DNA of 64,000 bases, taken from contig OZ255721.1 of NCBI GenBank assembly GCA_965277285.1, positions 192,001 to 256,000 on the forward strand. Direction: 5' to 3'. The position numbers and the translations under genes are program-made. This document shows, piece by piece, positions 27,359 to 40,671 of the stretch. A model generated the notes under the pieces. That model was given only the letters and a program-made list of their open reading frames with translations, was not told the origin of the DNA and made no database searches. Each line of letters begins with the position of its first letter. Within the stretch, counting starts at the first letter, position 1. The DNA is from Abditibacteriaceae bacterium (GTDB lineage: Bacteria > Armatimonadota > Abditibacteriia > Abditibacteriales > Abditibacteriaceae).

Positions 27359-30214
27359 ATGAGCGAACAAGAACGAATGCAGCAACAGCGCGACGGCAGC
27401 GCGAACTGGCGCAAATGGGGGCCGTATCTTTCCGAGCGCGCTTGGGGCACCGTCCGCGAAGATTACAGCGCCAATGGCACCGCTTGGGAATATTTTCCGC
27501 ACGATCAGGCGCGCTCCAAAGCCTATCGCTGGAACGAAGACGGCTTGGCCGGAATCTCCGACGACAATCAATATCTGTGCTTCGCTCTGGCCTTGTGGAA
27601 CGGTCAGGACGCGATTTTGAAAGAGCGCGCCTTTGGCCTGACTGGAAACGAAGGCAATCACGGCGAAGATGTCAAAGAAATCTTCTTTTACCTGGATAAC
27701 ACGCCGACGCATTCTTATATGAAGTGGGCGTATAAATATCCGCAGGCGGCTTTTCCTTACGCCAATCTGGTCGAAGAAAATCGGCGGCGCGACAAATCTC
27801 AGCCCGAATACGAATTGTTCGACACTGGCGTTTTTAATGACAATCGCTATTTCGATGTTGTTGTCGAGTACTCGAAAGCGAGCACCGATGAGATTTTGAT
27901 CGCAATCTCCGTCACCAATCGCGGCGATACGGCTGCTGAATTGGAAGTGTTGCCGACGTTGTGGTTTCGCAACATTTGGAGTTGGGGCAAGCACACGCCG
28001 TGTCCGCAAATGCAGCACGCGCCCGAACACGAGACTTTCGAGTACTCGATTGTGCAAGCGACGAGCGTTCCTCTGGGAACTTATTATCTGGCGTGTCAGC
28101 GCGAAAACCTCGATCCGCAGCTCTTGTTCTGCGAAAACGAAACCAACAATCAGCGTTTGTACAACACGCCCAACGCCAACACTTACGCCAAAGACGGCAT
28201 CAACGATTTCGTCGTCAACGGGCAAGCGGATGCCGTCAATCCCGCGCAAAGCGGAACCAAGTGCGCGGTTCGTTATCGCTTGAACCTCGCGGCGGGCGAA
28301 ACGCAGACTTTGCGATTGTGCTTGAGCGGCGAAGTTCCCGCCTCGGGTGTTCTACGAGCAAGCTGGGAAACCGTTTTCGCGGCGCGCCGCAAAGAAGCCG
28401 ACGATTTTTACGAAACGGTAGCGCCCGAAGGCGCCACGCCCGACTTGAAAATGGTGCAGCGCCAGGCTTTGGCGGGTTTGTTGTGGAGCAAGCAGTTTTA
28501 CAAATACGATGTGCGACGCTGGCTGATGGGCGATCCGACCGAACCAACGCCGCCGCCTGAGCGATGGCATGGTCGCAATCACGATTGGACGCATTTGAAC
28601 AATCACGACATTATTTCGATGCCCGACAAGTGGGAATATCCGTGGTATGCGGCGTGGGATTTGGCGTTTCATACGCTGGCGATGTCACTGGTCGATTCCG
28701 ATTTCGCCAAAGACCAGCTTATTTTGCTGCTGCGCGAATGGTATATGCACCCAAACGGTCAGTTGCCGGCTTATGAATGGGCGTTTGGCGACGTAAATCC
28801 GCCGGTTCATGCGTGGGCGGCGTTGCGCGTTTATCGCATCGAGCGCAAGCAGCGCGGGCAAGGCGACACCAATTTTCTGGAACGTGTTTTTCACAAGCTG
28901 CTGATCAACTTTACGTGGTGGATCAATCGCAAAGACGCCGAAGGCCGCAATATTTTTCAGGGTGGCTTTCTGGGATTGGACAACATCGGCATTTTTGATC
29001 GCAGCGCGCCGCTGCCCAATGGCGCGCGCCTGGATCAGGCCGACGGCACTTCCTGGATGGCGATGTATTGCCTTAATATGTTGGCGATTGCGCTTGAACT
29101 GGCAGGCGTGGACAAGACGTATGAAGATGTGGCGACCAAGTTTCTGGAGCACTTTTTCTATATCGCGCACGCCATGAACGACCGTCCAGCAATGGCGACT
29201 GGGGACGATGGCGTGGATTTGTGGGACGAAGAAGACGGCTTTTACTACGATGTTTTGCACCGTAGCGACGGCGGCAACGAGTTTGTGCGCGTGCGCTCGC
29301 TGGTCGGCCTGATTCCGCTTTTGGCGGTGGAAACGCTCGATCCGGCTTTGCTCAATCGCTTGACGGGCTTTCGTGAACGGATGGAATGGTTCATGGAACA
29401 TCGCCCCGATTTGACCAAAGACGCCGCTTCGGTGATGTCGGCGGGCGCGGGCGGGCGACGCTTGTTTTCGGTGGTGGACGAAAGTCGCTTGCGTCGCATT
29501 CTCAATCGAGTACTCGATAGCGATGAGTTTTTGTCGCCGTATGGCTTGCGTTCGCTGTCGCGCTTTCACCTGGAACATCCAGTCGAAATCAGTCTGGAAG
29601 GCACATCGCACAAAGCCGACTACGAACCGGCGGAATCGACGACGCAGCTTTTTGGTGGCAACTCGAACTGGCGTGGCCCGATCTGGTTTCCTCTCAACTA
29701 TTTGCTGATCGAAGCTCTGCAAAAATTCGATTTCTATTACGGCAACAGTTTTCAAATCGAATGTCCGATTGGCAGCGGCGAACCTGAAACGCTGTGGAAC
29801 GTTTCGACCGACCTTTCGCAACGCTTGATTTCGATTTTCGCGCAGGACGACAATGGGCAACGCGCCGTTTTTGGCGGCAATCAGACGTTTCAAAACGACC
29901 CGAATTGGCGCGATATGATTCCGTTTCACGAATACTTTCACGGCGATAACGGCGCGGGATTGGGCGCGGCGCACCAAACCGGCTGGACGGCGCTGGTGGC
30001 CAAACTGATTCAGCAAAGCGGCGCCCAAATGAACGATGGCGCTGGTAACGACGCGGCCAACACCGATAACGACAACTCTGATAACGACAACACCGATATT
30101 GGCGGCAACGACAACGCTGGCAGCGTGAGTAACGATGATAACGCTGCGACCAAAACGTTGAACAACGACCTGGCCAACGATGCCGCCAAAGGTGCGAACA
30201 ACGACGCCGCGTAA
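27359..30214 (+). CDS. MGH1-like / GH63 glycoside hydrolase with Asn/Asp-rich tail
   Basis: [47 protein letters not shown] and [20 protein letters not shown]. Confidence 0.9.
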   Translation: MSEQERMQQQRDGSANWRKWGPYLSERAWGTVREDYSANGTAWEYFPHDQARSKAYRWNEDGLAGISDDNQYLCFALALWNGQDAILKERAFGLTGNEGNHGEDVKEIFFYLDNTPTHSYMKWAYKYPQAAFPYANLVEENRRRDKSQPEYELFDTGVFNDNRYFDVVVEYSKASTDEILIAISVTNRGDTAAELEVLPTLWFRNIWSWGKHTPCPQMQHAPEHETFEYSIVQATSVPLGTYYLACQRENLDPQLLFCENETNNQRLYNTPNANTYAKDGINDFVVNGQADAVNPAQSGTKCAVRYRLNLAAGETQTLRLCLSGEVPASGVLRASWETVFAARRKEADDFYETVAPEGATPDLKMVQRQALAGLLWSKQFYKYDVRRWLMGDPTEPTPPPERWHGRNHDWTHLNNHDIISMPDKWEYPWYAAWDLAFHTLAMSLVDSDFAKDQLILLLREWYMHPNGQLPAYEWAFGDVNPPVHAWAALRVYRIERKQRGQGDTNFLERVFHKLLINFTWWINRKDAEGRNIFQGGFLGLDNIGIFDRSAPLPNGARLDQADGTSWMAMYCLNMLAIALELAGVDKTYEDVATKFLEHFFYIAHAMNDRPAMATGDDGVDLWDEEDGFYYDVLHRSDGGNEFVRVRSLVGLIPLLAVETLDPALLNRLTGFRERMEWFMEHRPDLTKDAASVMSAGAGGRRLFSVVDESRLRRILNRVLDSDEFLSPYGLRSLSRFHLEHPVEISLEGTSHKADYEPAESTTQLFGGNSNWRGPIWFPLNYLLIEALQKFDFYYGNSFQIECPIGSGEPETLWNVSTDLSQRLISIFAQDDNGQRAVFGGNQTFQNDPNWRDMIPFHEYFHGDNGAGLGAAHQTGWTALVAKLIQQSGAQMNDGAGNDAANTDNDNSDNDNTDIGGNDNAGSVSNDDNAATKTLNNDLANDAAKGANNDAA

Positions 30215-30236
30215 AATACACAGTAAGTCGCGGATT

Positions 30237-30289
30237 AAAAAGTCAAAGCCCAAATGTCAAAGTAATCGACATTTGGGCTTTGACTTTTT
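30237..30289 (+). terminator. Intrinsic terminator
   Basis: aaaaagtcaaagcccaaatgtc-loop-gacatttgggctttgacttttt. Confidence 0.8.
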
Positions 30290-30859
30290 CTGGGCGCTGA
30301 ATTCGAGTACTCGATAGACGCGGATTCTGTTCGATACCAAAGATAAATTCCTGTGTTCGATGATGTACATGGTTGCCACGAGGCATGGAAGTTGGTAATG
30401 TTCGTTAAAGCCCCAACGCACATAGCGACAGCGTTCACCAATAAGTGTTTTTGCAGGACGATGTAGGAAGATTTGCAATTTTTTGCAAGCCGTCTTTTGT
30501 TGGTGAATGCACCAAGTGAAGTTGGATAAGGGAGGTGAAGAGTTCGCTTCGAGAAGCCGCCCTGGATTTTAAGCCCTGTTTTCGCATTCTTCGCGTTGCT
30601 TCTTTGTAGATACCGTTTTTTGCCGATACCGTTTTTGCTGATGCCGCTGTTTTACCGCTATTTTCTTATGGCATTGTGAGAACTTTGGCCTTTTTTGAAA
30701 CAACGTTGCCATCGCATTGACGTGCATTCATGTCGTTGACTTGCCCTGAACCGAATCCGCTCCCGATTGGCTCGGTTTGCTGGCGTCTTGCAGAAAGAGA
30801 ACTTCTTCTTTTTCGACGATGGTCTTCGGCTCCCTGCCGAAGTCTGTGAGGACAGAATT

Positions 30860-31780
30860 ATGCACGATCCCGACGTTCAACTTCAAATTAGCGAACTCGA
30901 TAAAGTTCGCGCTCAACTGCGTTTGTGGCGAACGCTTCTCTCGGTTGGTTTTTTGGTCGTCACCCTGGGCAGCATCGCCGTTATCAGCAAAGCGGCGCAC
31001 GATTTATTTACTCCCGGCCCGACGCAGGACGAATTCACTTCGACACTCACCGCAAACTTACAAAAAGATGTCGTCCCCACGCTTCAAAGCAAAGCTACTC
31101 AAGCCCTGACGCAGATGCGCCCCGAAATCGAAGACTCTTTCCAGAAATTGAACGGTCGCGTGCCGGAACTTTCGCAAGCTTCGATGCAGGAAATTAGCAC
31201 GCTGCAACAAAACGTGACAGCCAGCAGCGAAAAAACGCTGCAATCCACGCTGGGCACGATGTTGGACTCCAAAGAAACCAAAATCAAGCAGATGTTTCCC
31301 GATGTAACCGACGACAAAATCAAGACGGCTTTGCAAAACGTCAGTCAGGAATCACAAGATCGCTTGCTTCATGCACACGACACTTTGTTTTCAAAGCACA
31401 CTGATGCGTTGTACAGCATTATGAACCATTTGTCGCAAATTCAGGCGACGGAAAAGGTTAATCCCCAATCCGAAAAAGCCAATTGGGAAATGGGCGTCAC
31501 GTTGCTCGATTTGATGCAAAGCCAGGTCAAAGATCTGCAACCCATGATGACTTCGGCTTCCACTTCTTCCACGAGCACCACTTCGACGACAACATCGCGC
31601 AGCACAACATCGAGTACTGGAACCGTAAGTCACGCCGCCTCAAATGTGCCCAAGCCAAATTTGTCGCCCGGCGCCAAACCAACACAAGGCGCCAAACCAG
31701 CGCCAGCCGCAGTCAAACCGCAAACCAAGCCACAAGCCAATAAGGGGGCAGCGAATGGAACCCAATCGTCCGGATATTAA
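30860..31780 (+). CDS. Hypothetical membrane-anchored helical (apolipoprotein-like) protein
   Basis: GAGGA RBS; one TM segment, Q/T-rich amphipathic helices, S/T/P-rich tail. Confidence 0.7.
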   Translation: MHDPDVQLQISELDKVRAQLRLWRTLLSVGFLVVTLGSIAVISKAAHDLFTPGPTQDEFTSTLTANLQKDVVPTLQSKATQALTQMRPEIEDSFQKLNGRVPELSQASMQEISTLQQNVTASSEKTLQSTLGTMLDSKETKIKQMFPDVTDDKIKTALQNVSQESQDRLLHAHDTLFSKHTDALYSIMNHLSQIQATEKVNPQSEKANWEMGVTLLDLMQSQVKDLQPMMTSASTSSTSTTSTTTSRSTTSSTGTVSHAASNVPKPNLSPGAKPTQGAKPAPAAVKPQTKPQANKGAANGTQSSGY

Positions 31781-32888
31781 TAACCAACGTGTTGAAACAC
31801 CTTCTGTCGTTCCGGTCGAGCGCGCCGAAACTCCGGTCGAGCGCGTGGAAGTCCCAACGCCTCCATCTGGCCCTTCGGTCGCAGCGGTTCCTTCGCAGGT
31901 CGCGGTAACGCCCGCCGAAGGCAATCTCGCGGCTCAGTACATCGCCAAAGAGCTGGCGCAGTTCCGCGTTGCCTTGCAGCGCACGCAGATTTTCGGTTCG
32001 CTGTTGTTATTGGCGACTCTGGGTTACATGGGCTATTTGGCCTACAACTTTCAGCAGAACCTGGAGCCGCAAACCGCCGCGCAAATCGCCAGTGGCGCCA
32101 TCAGCGAACGTGTCAACGACCAGGCCGATACGTTTGTGGACCAGATGCGCGAAAGAGTTCCTCAACTGATCGCGGGTTTGCCCGATACGGTTATCAAAAG
32201 TCTGCCGGGTTATCGCCAGCAACTCGAAACTCAAATTAATACCGATTTGACGCAGCATTCCAAGCAGGCCGCCGATAACCTCAGCGGTCAGCTCGATAGC
32301 TATCTGGATCTGCACAAGGATGAAATGAAATCCGTCCTTGATTCGGGCAACGATTCGACAGCGGTCAAGCAAATGGGCGCCGAAATCGAACAACAATTCC
32401 TCGATTCGTTGAAGAAAACTGATGCCGGAAACGGCGAAACCGTCCAAAACAAATTGGACAAAACTCTTCAATCGCTGCACGAAATCGACACCATGATGAC
32501 GAAATTGGCGGCCAACAAAAACCTGACGCCGCAAGAGCAAAAAGCGCGTCACGCGATTGCGATCATGGCTGAAACCGCCAACCAGGGCGCGCCCGCAGTC
32601 AAACAACTTGTCGCGCAATTGCAAGACACCGCCAGCCAGTCGGTGCAACAAGTGGCCGATACCGCCAACGCTTCGGCTGCCTCGACTTCGGCAGCTCTGG
32701 CGAACGTTAGTAACGCCGTATCTGCACCGGCACCGGACACCACGTCTTCCGCACCAGTGCCCGCTTTGGCGCCAAATTCGGCACCAGCGGCTGCAAATAG
32801 AACCGTACAGCCTTCCGGTTCGGCTAACCGAAACGTGCCGCCTGCGGGAGCGCCTAACCGCAATGTGCCATCGCCTACAAGTGGCTGA
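31755..32888 (+). CDS. Hypothetical membrane-anchored helical protein
   Basis: AAGGGGG RBS; Pro-rich N-terminus, one TM segment, helical body, A/P/S-rich tail. Confidence 0.7.
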   Translation: MEPNRPDINNQRVETPSVVPVERAETPVERVEVPTPPSGPSVAAVPSQVAVTPAEGNLAAQYIAKELAQFRVALQRTQIFGSLLLLATLGYMGYLAYNFQQNLEPQTAAQIASGAISERVNDQADTFVDQMRERVPQLIAGLPDTVIKSLPGYRQQLETQINTDLTQHSKQAADNLSGQLDSYLDLHKDEMKSVLDSGNDSTAVKQMGAEIEQQFLDSLKKTDAGNGETVQNKLDKTLQSLHEIDTMMTKLAANKNLTPQEQKARHAIAIMAETANQGAPAVKQLVAQLQDTASQSVQQVADTANASAASTSAALANVSNAVSAPAPDTTSSAPVPALAPNSAPAAANRTVQPSGSANRNVPPAGAPNRNVPSPTSG

Positions 32889-32909
32889 CCGTAAAACTCG
32901 CAGTGAAAG

Positions 32910-32949
32910 CAAAAGCCTGAATGTCGATTCTTTGACATTCAGGCTTTTG
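32910..32949. terminator. Bidirectional terminator between convergent genes
   Basis: caaaagcctgaatgtc-loop-gacattcaggcttttg. Confidence 0.75.
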
Positions 32950-32976
32950 TTTTGGCGCTTATCGAGTACTCGAACT

Positions 32977-33405
32977 CTACGAATTTTTGCTGGAGATCGC
33001 AATAATCAAAGCGCCGACAGCCATCAATCCGCCGCCGAAAATAATCGGTGGCGTGATTTTTTCCTGCAAAAAGAGACCGGCGAATACAACCGCGAAAATC
33101 AGCGACAAGCGATCAAGCGGCGCCACTGCCGAAGCTGGGCCGCTTTTCAAAGCACCAAAGTAAAACAAGTATGCGACGGCGGAAAGCGCGCCTGTTAGCG
33201 CCAGAAAGCCCCAGCTTTTCGCGTCGATGTTGACCAAATCGCCACCTTTCTTTTGAAAACCGATCACAGTCCACGTAATAACCAGCGTGACCAAAGCCTG
33301 AACACCGAAACCCAGCGTCGAATCGACTTGTTTATCGACACCTTTGGCGGTCGTCGATACAATACCCGTTAGCAACGCTGACACCAGAGAAAAGAGAATC
33401 CACAT
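32977..33405 (-). CDS. EamA/DMT family single-domain transporter
   Basis: Five TM segments; YFGALKSGPASAVAPLDRLS..FLQEK. Confidence 0.88.
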   Translation of the reverse strand: MWILFSLVSALLTGIVSTTAKGVDKQVDSTLGFGVQALVTLVITWTVIGFQKKGGDLVNIDAKSWGFLALTGALSAVAYLFYFGALKSGPASAVAPLDRLSLIFAVVFAGLFLQEKITPPIIFGGGLMAVGALIIAISSKNS

Positions 33406-33604
33406 GGCTTTTGCGGACGTACTTCCTCGCGTCCTCGTTGCTCTCGTTTTGTCGAGTTTTGTTCATCAGCAACAAGCATTAGCAACGAAACGCTACAACA
33501 GTCGCCGTCAACTTTCAGGAAGATTCCAGTCGTTTCCGAAGAACTTTCATCCGCCGTGCCATAGAATGGAATCAGGCAACGCCACTGTATTTCCACGTCT
33601 CGTT

Positions 33605-34261
33605 ATGAACCTTTCTCCTGCAAGGCAGCGCTTGGCCGTTATCGGATTGATGTTGTTCTGGTGCCTGGCGCTCATTGCCTATCGCATTTATCTCGCCGCC
33701 AATTTTCTGGAGTTTTCGCTGCTGTGGAATTTGTTTTTGGCCGTTCTTCCTTTGTTTTGGAGCGCCGCATTGCAAGCGGCGAATGCGCGCCGTAGTCCGC
33801 TTTGGTGCGGCTTCTTCTTTTTGCTGTGGCTGCTGTTTTTGCCCAATGCGCCTTATATTCTCACTGACCTGATTCATTTGTCGCCACGACCCAATGTGCC
33901 GCTTTGGTACATTTTGGCGCTGCTTTTGTCGTGTGCCGGAACTGGCACGCTGCTGGGATATTTGTCACTGCTCAATGTCCACGCGGTTGTGGAACAACGC
34001 TTTGGCAAAACAGCGGGCTGGAGCGTGGCGGCCAGTTCTTTGATGTTGTGCGGCTTCGGGATTTATCTGGGGCGTTTTTTACGATGGAATAGCTGGGACG
34101 CTTTCACCAGACCGTTCGCGCTTTTTCATTCGGTTCTCAGTCAATTAACTGATTCCGGCTCCCATCCGCGCCCTTTAGCCGTGACTTTAGTGTTCGGCAT
34201 TGGCCTGATTATCGGTTATCTCGCTATACGCGTGATAGCAGTCGCTTCGCGCGACAATTGA
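33605..34261 (+). CDS. DUF1361 membrane protein
   Basis: WNLFLA, WLLFLPNAPYILTDLIHL and GIYLGRFLRWNSWD. Confidence 0.88.
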   Translation: MNLSPARQRLAVIGLMLFWCLALIAYRIYLAANFLEFSLLWNLFLAVLPLFWSAALQAANARRSPLWCGFFFLLWLLFLPNAPYILTDLIHLSPRPNVPLWYILALLLSCAGTGTLLGYLSLLNVHAVVEQRFGKTAGWSVAASSLMLCGFGIYLGRFLRWNSWDAFTRPFALFHSVLSQLTDSGSHPRPLAVTLVFGIGLIIGYLAIRVIAVASRDN

Positions 34262-34422
34262 ATGCATCAACGCCAAATTACTTACGCCCGTTGCAAACGC
34301 GACAGTTTTCGGTGCGCCGACATTTGCACGGCAAAACATGGCTGTTTTTGAGATTTATGATGAAACCAATTCTCGTCGTTTCCCTGCCTGGATCAGCCGT
34401 TGTGTCTTGCTCTAAGAAAGTC

Positions 34423-35592
34423 ATGAAAAATACCATAATATCGTTTCTGGCAATGATGCTGGTTTGCCTGACAACTATGCCATCGCACGCCCAGAATGAG
34501 ATCTGGAGCATCATGCGCTTACCGGAAAAGTCAGATGTCGTATGCGTGGCATGATTTCAATCGGTCGAGCAAGGCGAACCGCAGCCCAATCCGGCCTCGC
34601 TTCATCCTCATATATTTGCAAGTGAAGATTTCTCTCTTGTTCCCTGGGTGTTCACAATGCGTGTGCATCAGGTGTGGAAGGGCGATTTGCCGGAGCGACA
34701 AATCAAATTGCGCTCCGTTGAAAAGCAGTACTGGAATCTTTATGGCGACTCACAAAAAAACCGTTTCCAAGCGGGCCAACTTTATTTGGTCTTTGCCCGA
34801 AAAGAAGCGGATTCACTGTACGTTTCTGCTATCGACTTTTTCGGCTTGAACTTTGAATCGGCGTATCCCATTTCTTCAATTGCGCCCGACATCACGCCGC
34901 ATATGTCGTTGCCTGAAAAAGTTCTGCATCAGTTTTCGTTGTCGCTGCGATCCAGCGACAAAAAAGTGCAGATCGCCGCTTTGGGACAGCTCTGGCTTTT
35001 CAATTTTTTGACATTGGATGATTCCCAAACGCACAGCCTGCCACATGGGGTTGATGTGAAAAAATGGCGCCGATTCATGCGAAAGAACGTCGCGCCGCAG
35101 GTGCTGCGTCTAATCGAAAGCCATGATGAAGAAATACAGGAATCGGCTCTTGGCACAGCGGCATGTCTTCAACTCCTTCAAGCAATTCCGCGCATTGTCG
35201 CATTGAGCGAGAACAACTCTTCCCACGCCGAAACGATGAACTGGAATCTTCTTGGTTATCGTAATCAGGCCGCCGCGCCGCTGCTGTTGCCGCAACTGAG
35301 AAACTACAAACTCCCGATGCGGGTCGCCATTGTCGAGTATTTTGAAATTCTGAAAGATCGGCGCGCTTTGCCCTATTTGCTTGAATTGTTGAACGATCCC
35401 GATGCCAACGTGCGCACGCGCTTACCTTACACGCTCTGGGCGATTACTGGCCTGCCGAAAACTTACACCATCGAGAGCGCCGCAGAAAAACAGCAGGAAT
35501 GGTTGGATTTCTGGAAAACGTGGGCCGCCACTCATCAAGAGGAATTGCGGAAAATCAAATCGCGCGGCTGGAAAATCAAAAGTCGCTCGTAA
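34423..35592 (+). pseudogene. Secreted HEAT-repeat protein interrupted by an in-frame TGA (34552-34554)
   Basis: ORFs 34258..34554 and 34648..35592 share a frame and are separated only by that TGA; signal peptide MKNTIISFLAMMLVCLTTMPSHAQ; HEAT motif ALPYLLELLNDPDANVR. Confidence 0.65.
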
Positions 35593-35659
35593 AGTCTTCA
35601 GCGCTTCCGAGTCCTGGTGTTCAGCAACTCGAATATTGCGACTTCAAGATAAAACGCGC

Positions 35660-36529
35660 TTATCGAGTACTCGATTGCTTTTCTGCGTGCTTTTCCGCCG
35701 CGCGCACCGTTTGATCGATCAGCATCGCAACGGTCATCGGGCCGACGCCGCCGACGCGCGGCGTCATCCATCCGGCGACTTCAGCCACGCTTTCATCAAC
35801 ATCGGAAACGATTTTGTTGCCTTCGCGCGTGATTCCTGCGCCGACGACTGCCGCGCCAGCCTTCACCATTTCAGGCTTAATCAAGTTCGGCGCGCCCGCA
35901 GCCACCACCAAAATATCGGCTTGGCGCGTATAAAAACTCATATCCGCGACGCCAGTATGAACAACTGTCACCGCCGCATTGCAGTTGGGACGTTTCAAAG
36001 CCAGCAACAACGCCAGAGGACGACCGACCGTTAATCCGCGCCCGACGATGACGACATGACGACCTTCAATCGGCACATGGTTTTGCACCAACAATTCGAC
36101 AATTCCGGCAGGAGTGCAGGGCAGCGGGCCAGGCGCGCCCATCACGAGTCGTCCTAAATTGATGGGATGCAAGCCGTCGGCGTCCTTGTCGGGATCAATC
36201 GCCAGCAACGCGGCTTCTTCGTTCAAACCTTTGGGCAACGGCAATTGCACGATATAAGAATGCACGTTCGCGTCAGCGTTGAACTCGTTGATGGTGGCCA
36301 AAAGTTCGTCTTGCGTGGTCGAAGACGGCAGATGCGCATGAATCGAACGCACCCCGACTTCTTCGCAGGCACGATGTTTAGCGCCAATATAAACGGCGCT
36401 GGCTTCGTCGTCGCCGACTAAAATTGTTCCCAGCCCGGGCACAATGCCCTGAGTTTTCAAAAGTCCAACGCGAACTGCGGCCTGTTCGCGGATGCGCGCG
36501 GAAGCGGCTTTGCCATCAAGTAATTGCAT
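35660..36529 (-). CDS. folD: Bifunctional methylenetetrahydrofolate dehydrogenase/cyclohydrolase
   Basis: LLDGK, VQLPLP, KDADGLHPIN, PCTPAG and TPRVGGVGPMTVAML. Confidence 0.96.
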   Translation of the reverse strand: MQLLDGKAASARIREQAAVRVGLLKTQGIVPGLGTILVGDDEASAVYIGAKHRACEEVGVRSIHAHLPSSTTQDELLATINEFNADANVHSYIVQLPLPKGLNEEAALLAIDPDKDADGLHPINLGRLVMGAPGPLPCTPAGIVELLVQNHVPIEGRHVVIVGRGLTVGRPLALLLALKRPNCNAAVTVVHTGVADMSFYTRQADILVVAAGAPNLIKPEMVKAGAAVVGAGITREGNKIVSDVDESVAEVAGWMTPRVGGVGPMTVAMLIDQTVRAAEKHAEKQSSTR

Positions 36530-36726
36530 GAAGATTATTTTAACTGTGTTGTTAGTTCAGAGCATCTTTCGAGTACTCGAATTACTCAATTGCCAAACCT
36601 GCGCATAATTTGAGAAAAGCGGACAAATTCGCAGTTCGTCAGAATGACCAGACTCTTAGTTCGCATATCGTTTCTCTTGTGGAAGGAACAATCAATCAAG
36701 TGGTTTAAGCGGCCTCTTTGTTGTAA

Positions 36727-38274
<1,548 letters not shown>

Positions 38275-38290
38275 AGTTGTGCAGGATGAA

Positions 38291-38340
38291 AAGTCGTTCA
38301 ACGAACCCCGCGCTCACGCTTGGGGTTCGTTAAACGACTT
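38291..38340. repeat. Hairpin related to the ACGAACCC REP family / possible terminator
   Basis: aagtcgttcaacgaacccc-gcgctcacgctt-ggggttcgttaaacgactt. Confidence 0.55.
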
Positions 38341-38417
38341 ACTGAAAGATGTTGACGCGGACAAGTGCGTGTTCCGTGTTAAAATCGGTTATCGAGTACT
38401 CGAAAAGGAACTGATTT

Positions 38418-39401
38418 ATGGCGATTTTAGTGACGGGTGGCGCTGGTTACATCGGTAGCGCGACAGTTGAAGCGTTGCGCGCGGACGGGCAAGATGTCGT
38501 CGTGCTGGACAATTTATTTCGCGGCCATCGCAAAGCCGTCGAGGAAAGCGTGCCGTTTTATCAGGGCGAAATCAGCGATAGCGCGCTGGTAGAAAAAATC
38601 TGCCGCGAGCATAACGTGACGGCGTGCGTGCATTTCGCGGCGCTGGCGTATGTCGGCGAATCGGTCACGCAACCCGAAATGTATTGGCACAATAATGTGT
38701 CAGGCAGCATCGGCTTGTTCGATGGTTTGGTTGCCGCAGGCGTCAAAAACGTCGTATTTTCCTCGACTTGCGCGACTTATGGCGAGCCGCAATATATTCC
38801 GCTTGATGAAAAGCATCCGCAAAAACCGGAAAGTCCTTATGGCTGGACGAAATTCACTGTTGAACGCGTACTCGAGAACTACGACACGGCGCACGGCTTG
38901 AAGTTTGTCGCGTTGCGCTATTTCAACGCGTGCGGCGCGCTGGAAAATCGCGGCGAAGATCACACGCCCGAATCGCATTTGATTCCGCTCGTTTTGTTTG
39001 TGGCACAGGGCAAACGCCCGCAAATTTCCGTTTTCGGAACCGATTATCCGACGCCCGACGGCACCGCGATCCGCGATTATATTCACATCGCGGATTTGGC
39101 AAGCGCGCACGTCTTATCCTTGAAATACCTGGCCAAAGGCAGCGCATCGAACTATTTCAACCTGGGCAATGGCAGCGGTTATTCGGTTCTCGAAGTCATC
39201 GAAACCGCGAAGAAAGTGACTGGCTGCGACATCAAAACTGTCCTGGAACCGCGTCGCGCCGGCGATCCTTCGCGCCTCATCGGTTCAACGGAAAAAGCGC
39301 AAAACGTGCTGGGCTGGAAACAGCAATACGCGGATTTGGAAACCATCATCAAAACCGCGTGGAATTGGCATCAAAGCCATCCCGACGGTTACGGCGACTG
39401 A
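38418..39401 (+). CDS. galE: UDP-glucose 4-epimerase
   Basis: [32 protein letters not shown] and RDYIH. Confidence 0.96.
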   Translation: MAILVTGGAGYIGSATVEALRADGQDVVVLDNLFRGHRKAVEESVPFYQGEISDSALVEKICREHNVTACVHFAALAYVGESVTQPEMYWHNNVSGSIGLFDGLVAAGVKNVVFSSTCATYGEPQYIPLDEKHPQKPESPYGWTKFTVERVLENYDTAHGLKFVALRYFNACGALENRGEDHTPESHLIPLVLFVAQGKRPQISVFGTDYPTPDGTAIRDYIHIADLASAHVLSLKYLAKGSASNYFNLGNGSGYSVLEVIETAKKVTGCDIKTVLEPRRAGDPSRLIGSTEKAQNVLGWKQQYADLETIIKTAWNWHQSHPDGYGD

Positions 39402-39409
39402 GAAACGAG

Positions 39410-39445
39410 AAGAAGCGCATATCGAGTACTCGATGTGCGCTTCTT
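39410..39445 (+). terminator. Hairpin centred on TCGAGTACTCGA downstream of galE
   Basis: aagaagcgcataTCGAGTACTCGAtgtgcgcttctt. Confidence 0.65.
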
Positions 39446-39535
39446 GCTTATCAGCGTTTTTTATAAGTTGCGCATGAGCCGCAGAAATCGCTTAACGTGA
39501 AGGTAAGAAAGCAAAGCAACAAATCGTTGCCCTTG

Positions 39536-39811
39536 GAATCAGTTTGCAGAGTAGAAAACAGCGGTGAATTAGAAACCAGTGGTGCGGGTTTGCAAGCACC
39601 CGCCCCTGAAGGAGCGGGCTGAGTGAGCAAGACCGCTAAAGCGGCCTCCGTGTTAGTGCGAGAGTAGCGTGTTAGTCCCATTTATGGGGCTTAGCAACTC
39701 AGCCCGCTCCTTCAGGGGCGGGTGAAATCGTTCTTACACCAAACCCGCACCACTGGTTAGAAGTTTGTCATGCCGATTCTAAGACAGCTTGCGGACTTTT
39801 CAAACTGATTC
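39536..39811. mobile_element. MITE with GAATCAGTTTG/CAAACTGATTC ends and nested hairpins
   Basis: 11-bp perfect terminal IR; internal IRs aaccagtggtgcgggtttg/caaacccgcaccactggtt and cacccgcccctgaaggagcgggctgagt/actcagcccgctccttcaggggcgggtg. Confidence 0.7.
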
Positions 39812-39814
39812 TAA

Positions 39815-40671
39815 GAGGGTGTATAGGAAAGGGTTAGACTTACATTTATGAAACGCCAGAGCTATCCCAGTGATTTGAGCGAGGCACAATGGCAAGTGCT
39901 GCGCCCTTTGATCGAGCCACAGCGTGCGCGCGGTACGCGCAGGCTTTACGCCCAACGCGAGATCGTCAACGCTTTGTTGTATCAGTTGACCAACGGCTGC
40001 TCGTGGCGTGCTTTGCCTCACGATTTTCCGCCTTACACTGTGGTTTGGTATCACTTCCGGCGCTGGCGTGACAACGGCACTCTCGAAGGTATCCACAGTT
40101 CGTTGCGTTCTCAAGTGCGCCAGGCCGATGGACGGGATGAGGCGCCCAGCGCAGCGATTCTGGACAGCCAGAGCGTCAAAACCACAGAAAAAGGGGGCCA
40201 AAAGGCTTTGATGCAGCCAAGAAAATAAAAGGGCGCAAGCGTCATATTCTAGTGGATACCAACGGCTTGTTGTTGCAAGTGTGTGTTCATGCTGCCAACG
40301 TTCAAGAGCGTGACGGAGCCAAATTACTTTTGCAAGACAAAGCCCTGTGGCGCTTTCCTTCACAACGTTTGCAGTTGATTTGGGCGGATGCAGGCTACTG
40401 GGGACACAAGTTCGCGGCTTGGGTGCGAGAAAACTGTGGCGTTGCGCTCCGAGTGATAAGCCGCAATGCCCTGGTGAACCGTCAATATGAAAACAAAGGC
40501 TACGTGCCGTTGCCGCGTCGCTGGGTTGTCGAAAGAACTTTTGCATGGTTGGGAAGATGTCGAAGGCTTTCAAAAGACTATGAGCAAAATGTCAAATCAA
40601 GTGAAACCTGGATTTATCTCGCCATGATCCGGCTTATGCTCCGAAGGCTTGCGTGATTCCTATACACCCTC
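39815..40671 (+). mobile_element. IS5-family insertion sequence (IS1031-like)
   Basis: Perfect TIR gagggtgtataggaa / ttcctatacaccctc; TNA flanks (TAA / TCA); transposase inside. Confidence 0.92.
39848..40656 (+). CDS. IS5-family DDE transposase, two ORFs joined by a -1 shift at A5G5
   Basis: [11 protein letters not shown] and ILDSQSVK in ORF1; the -1 frame reads [48 protein letters not shown] at 40188-40197. Confidence 0.9.

Noticed and set aside
30315..30859. Possible ncRNA or riboswitch in a long intergenic region
   Set aside because: Only degenerate GATACCGTTTTTGC repeats are seen; no recognisable RNA family without an Infernal search.
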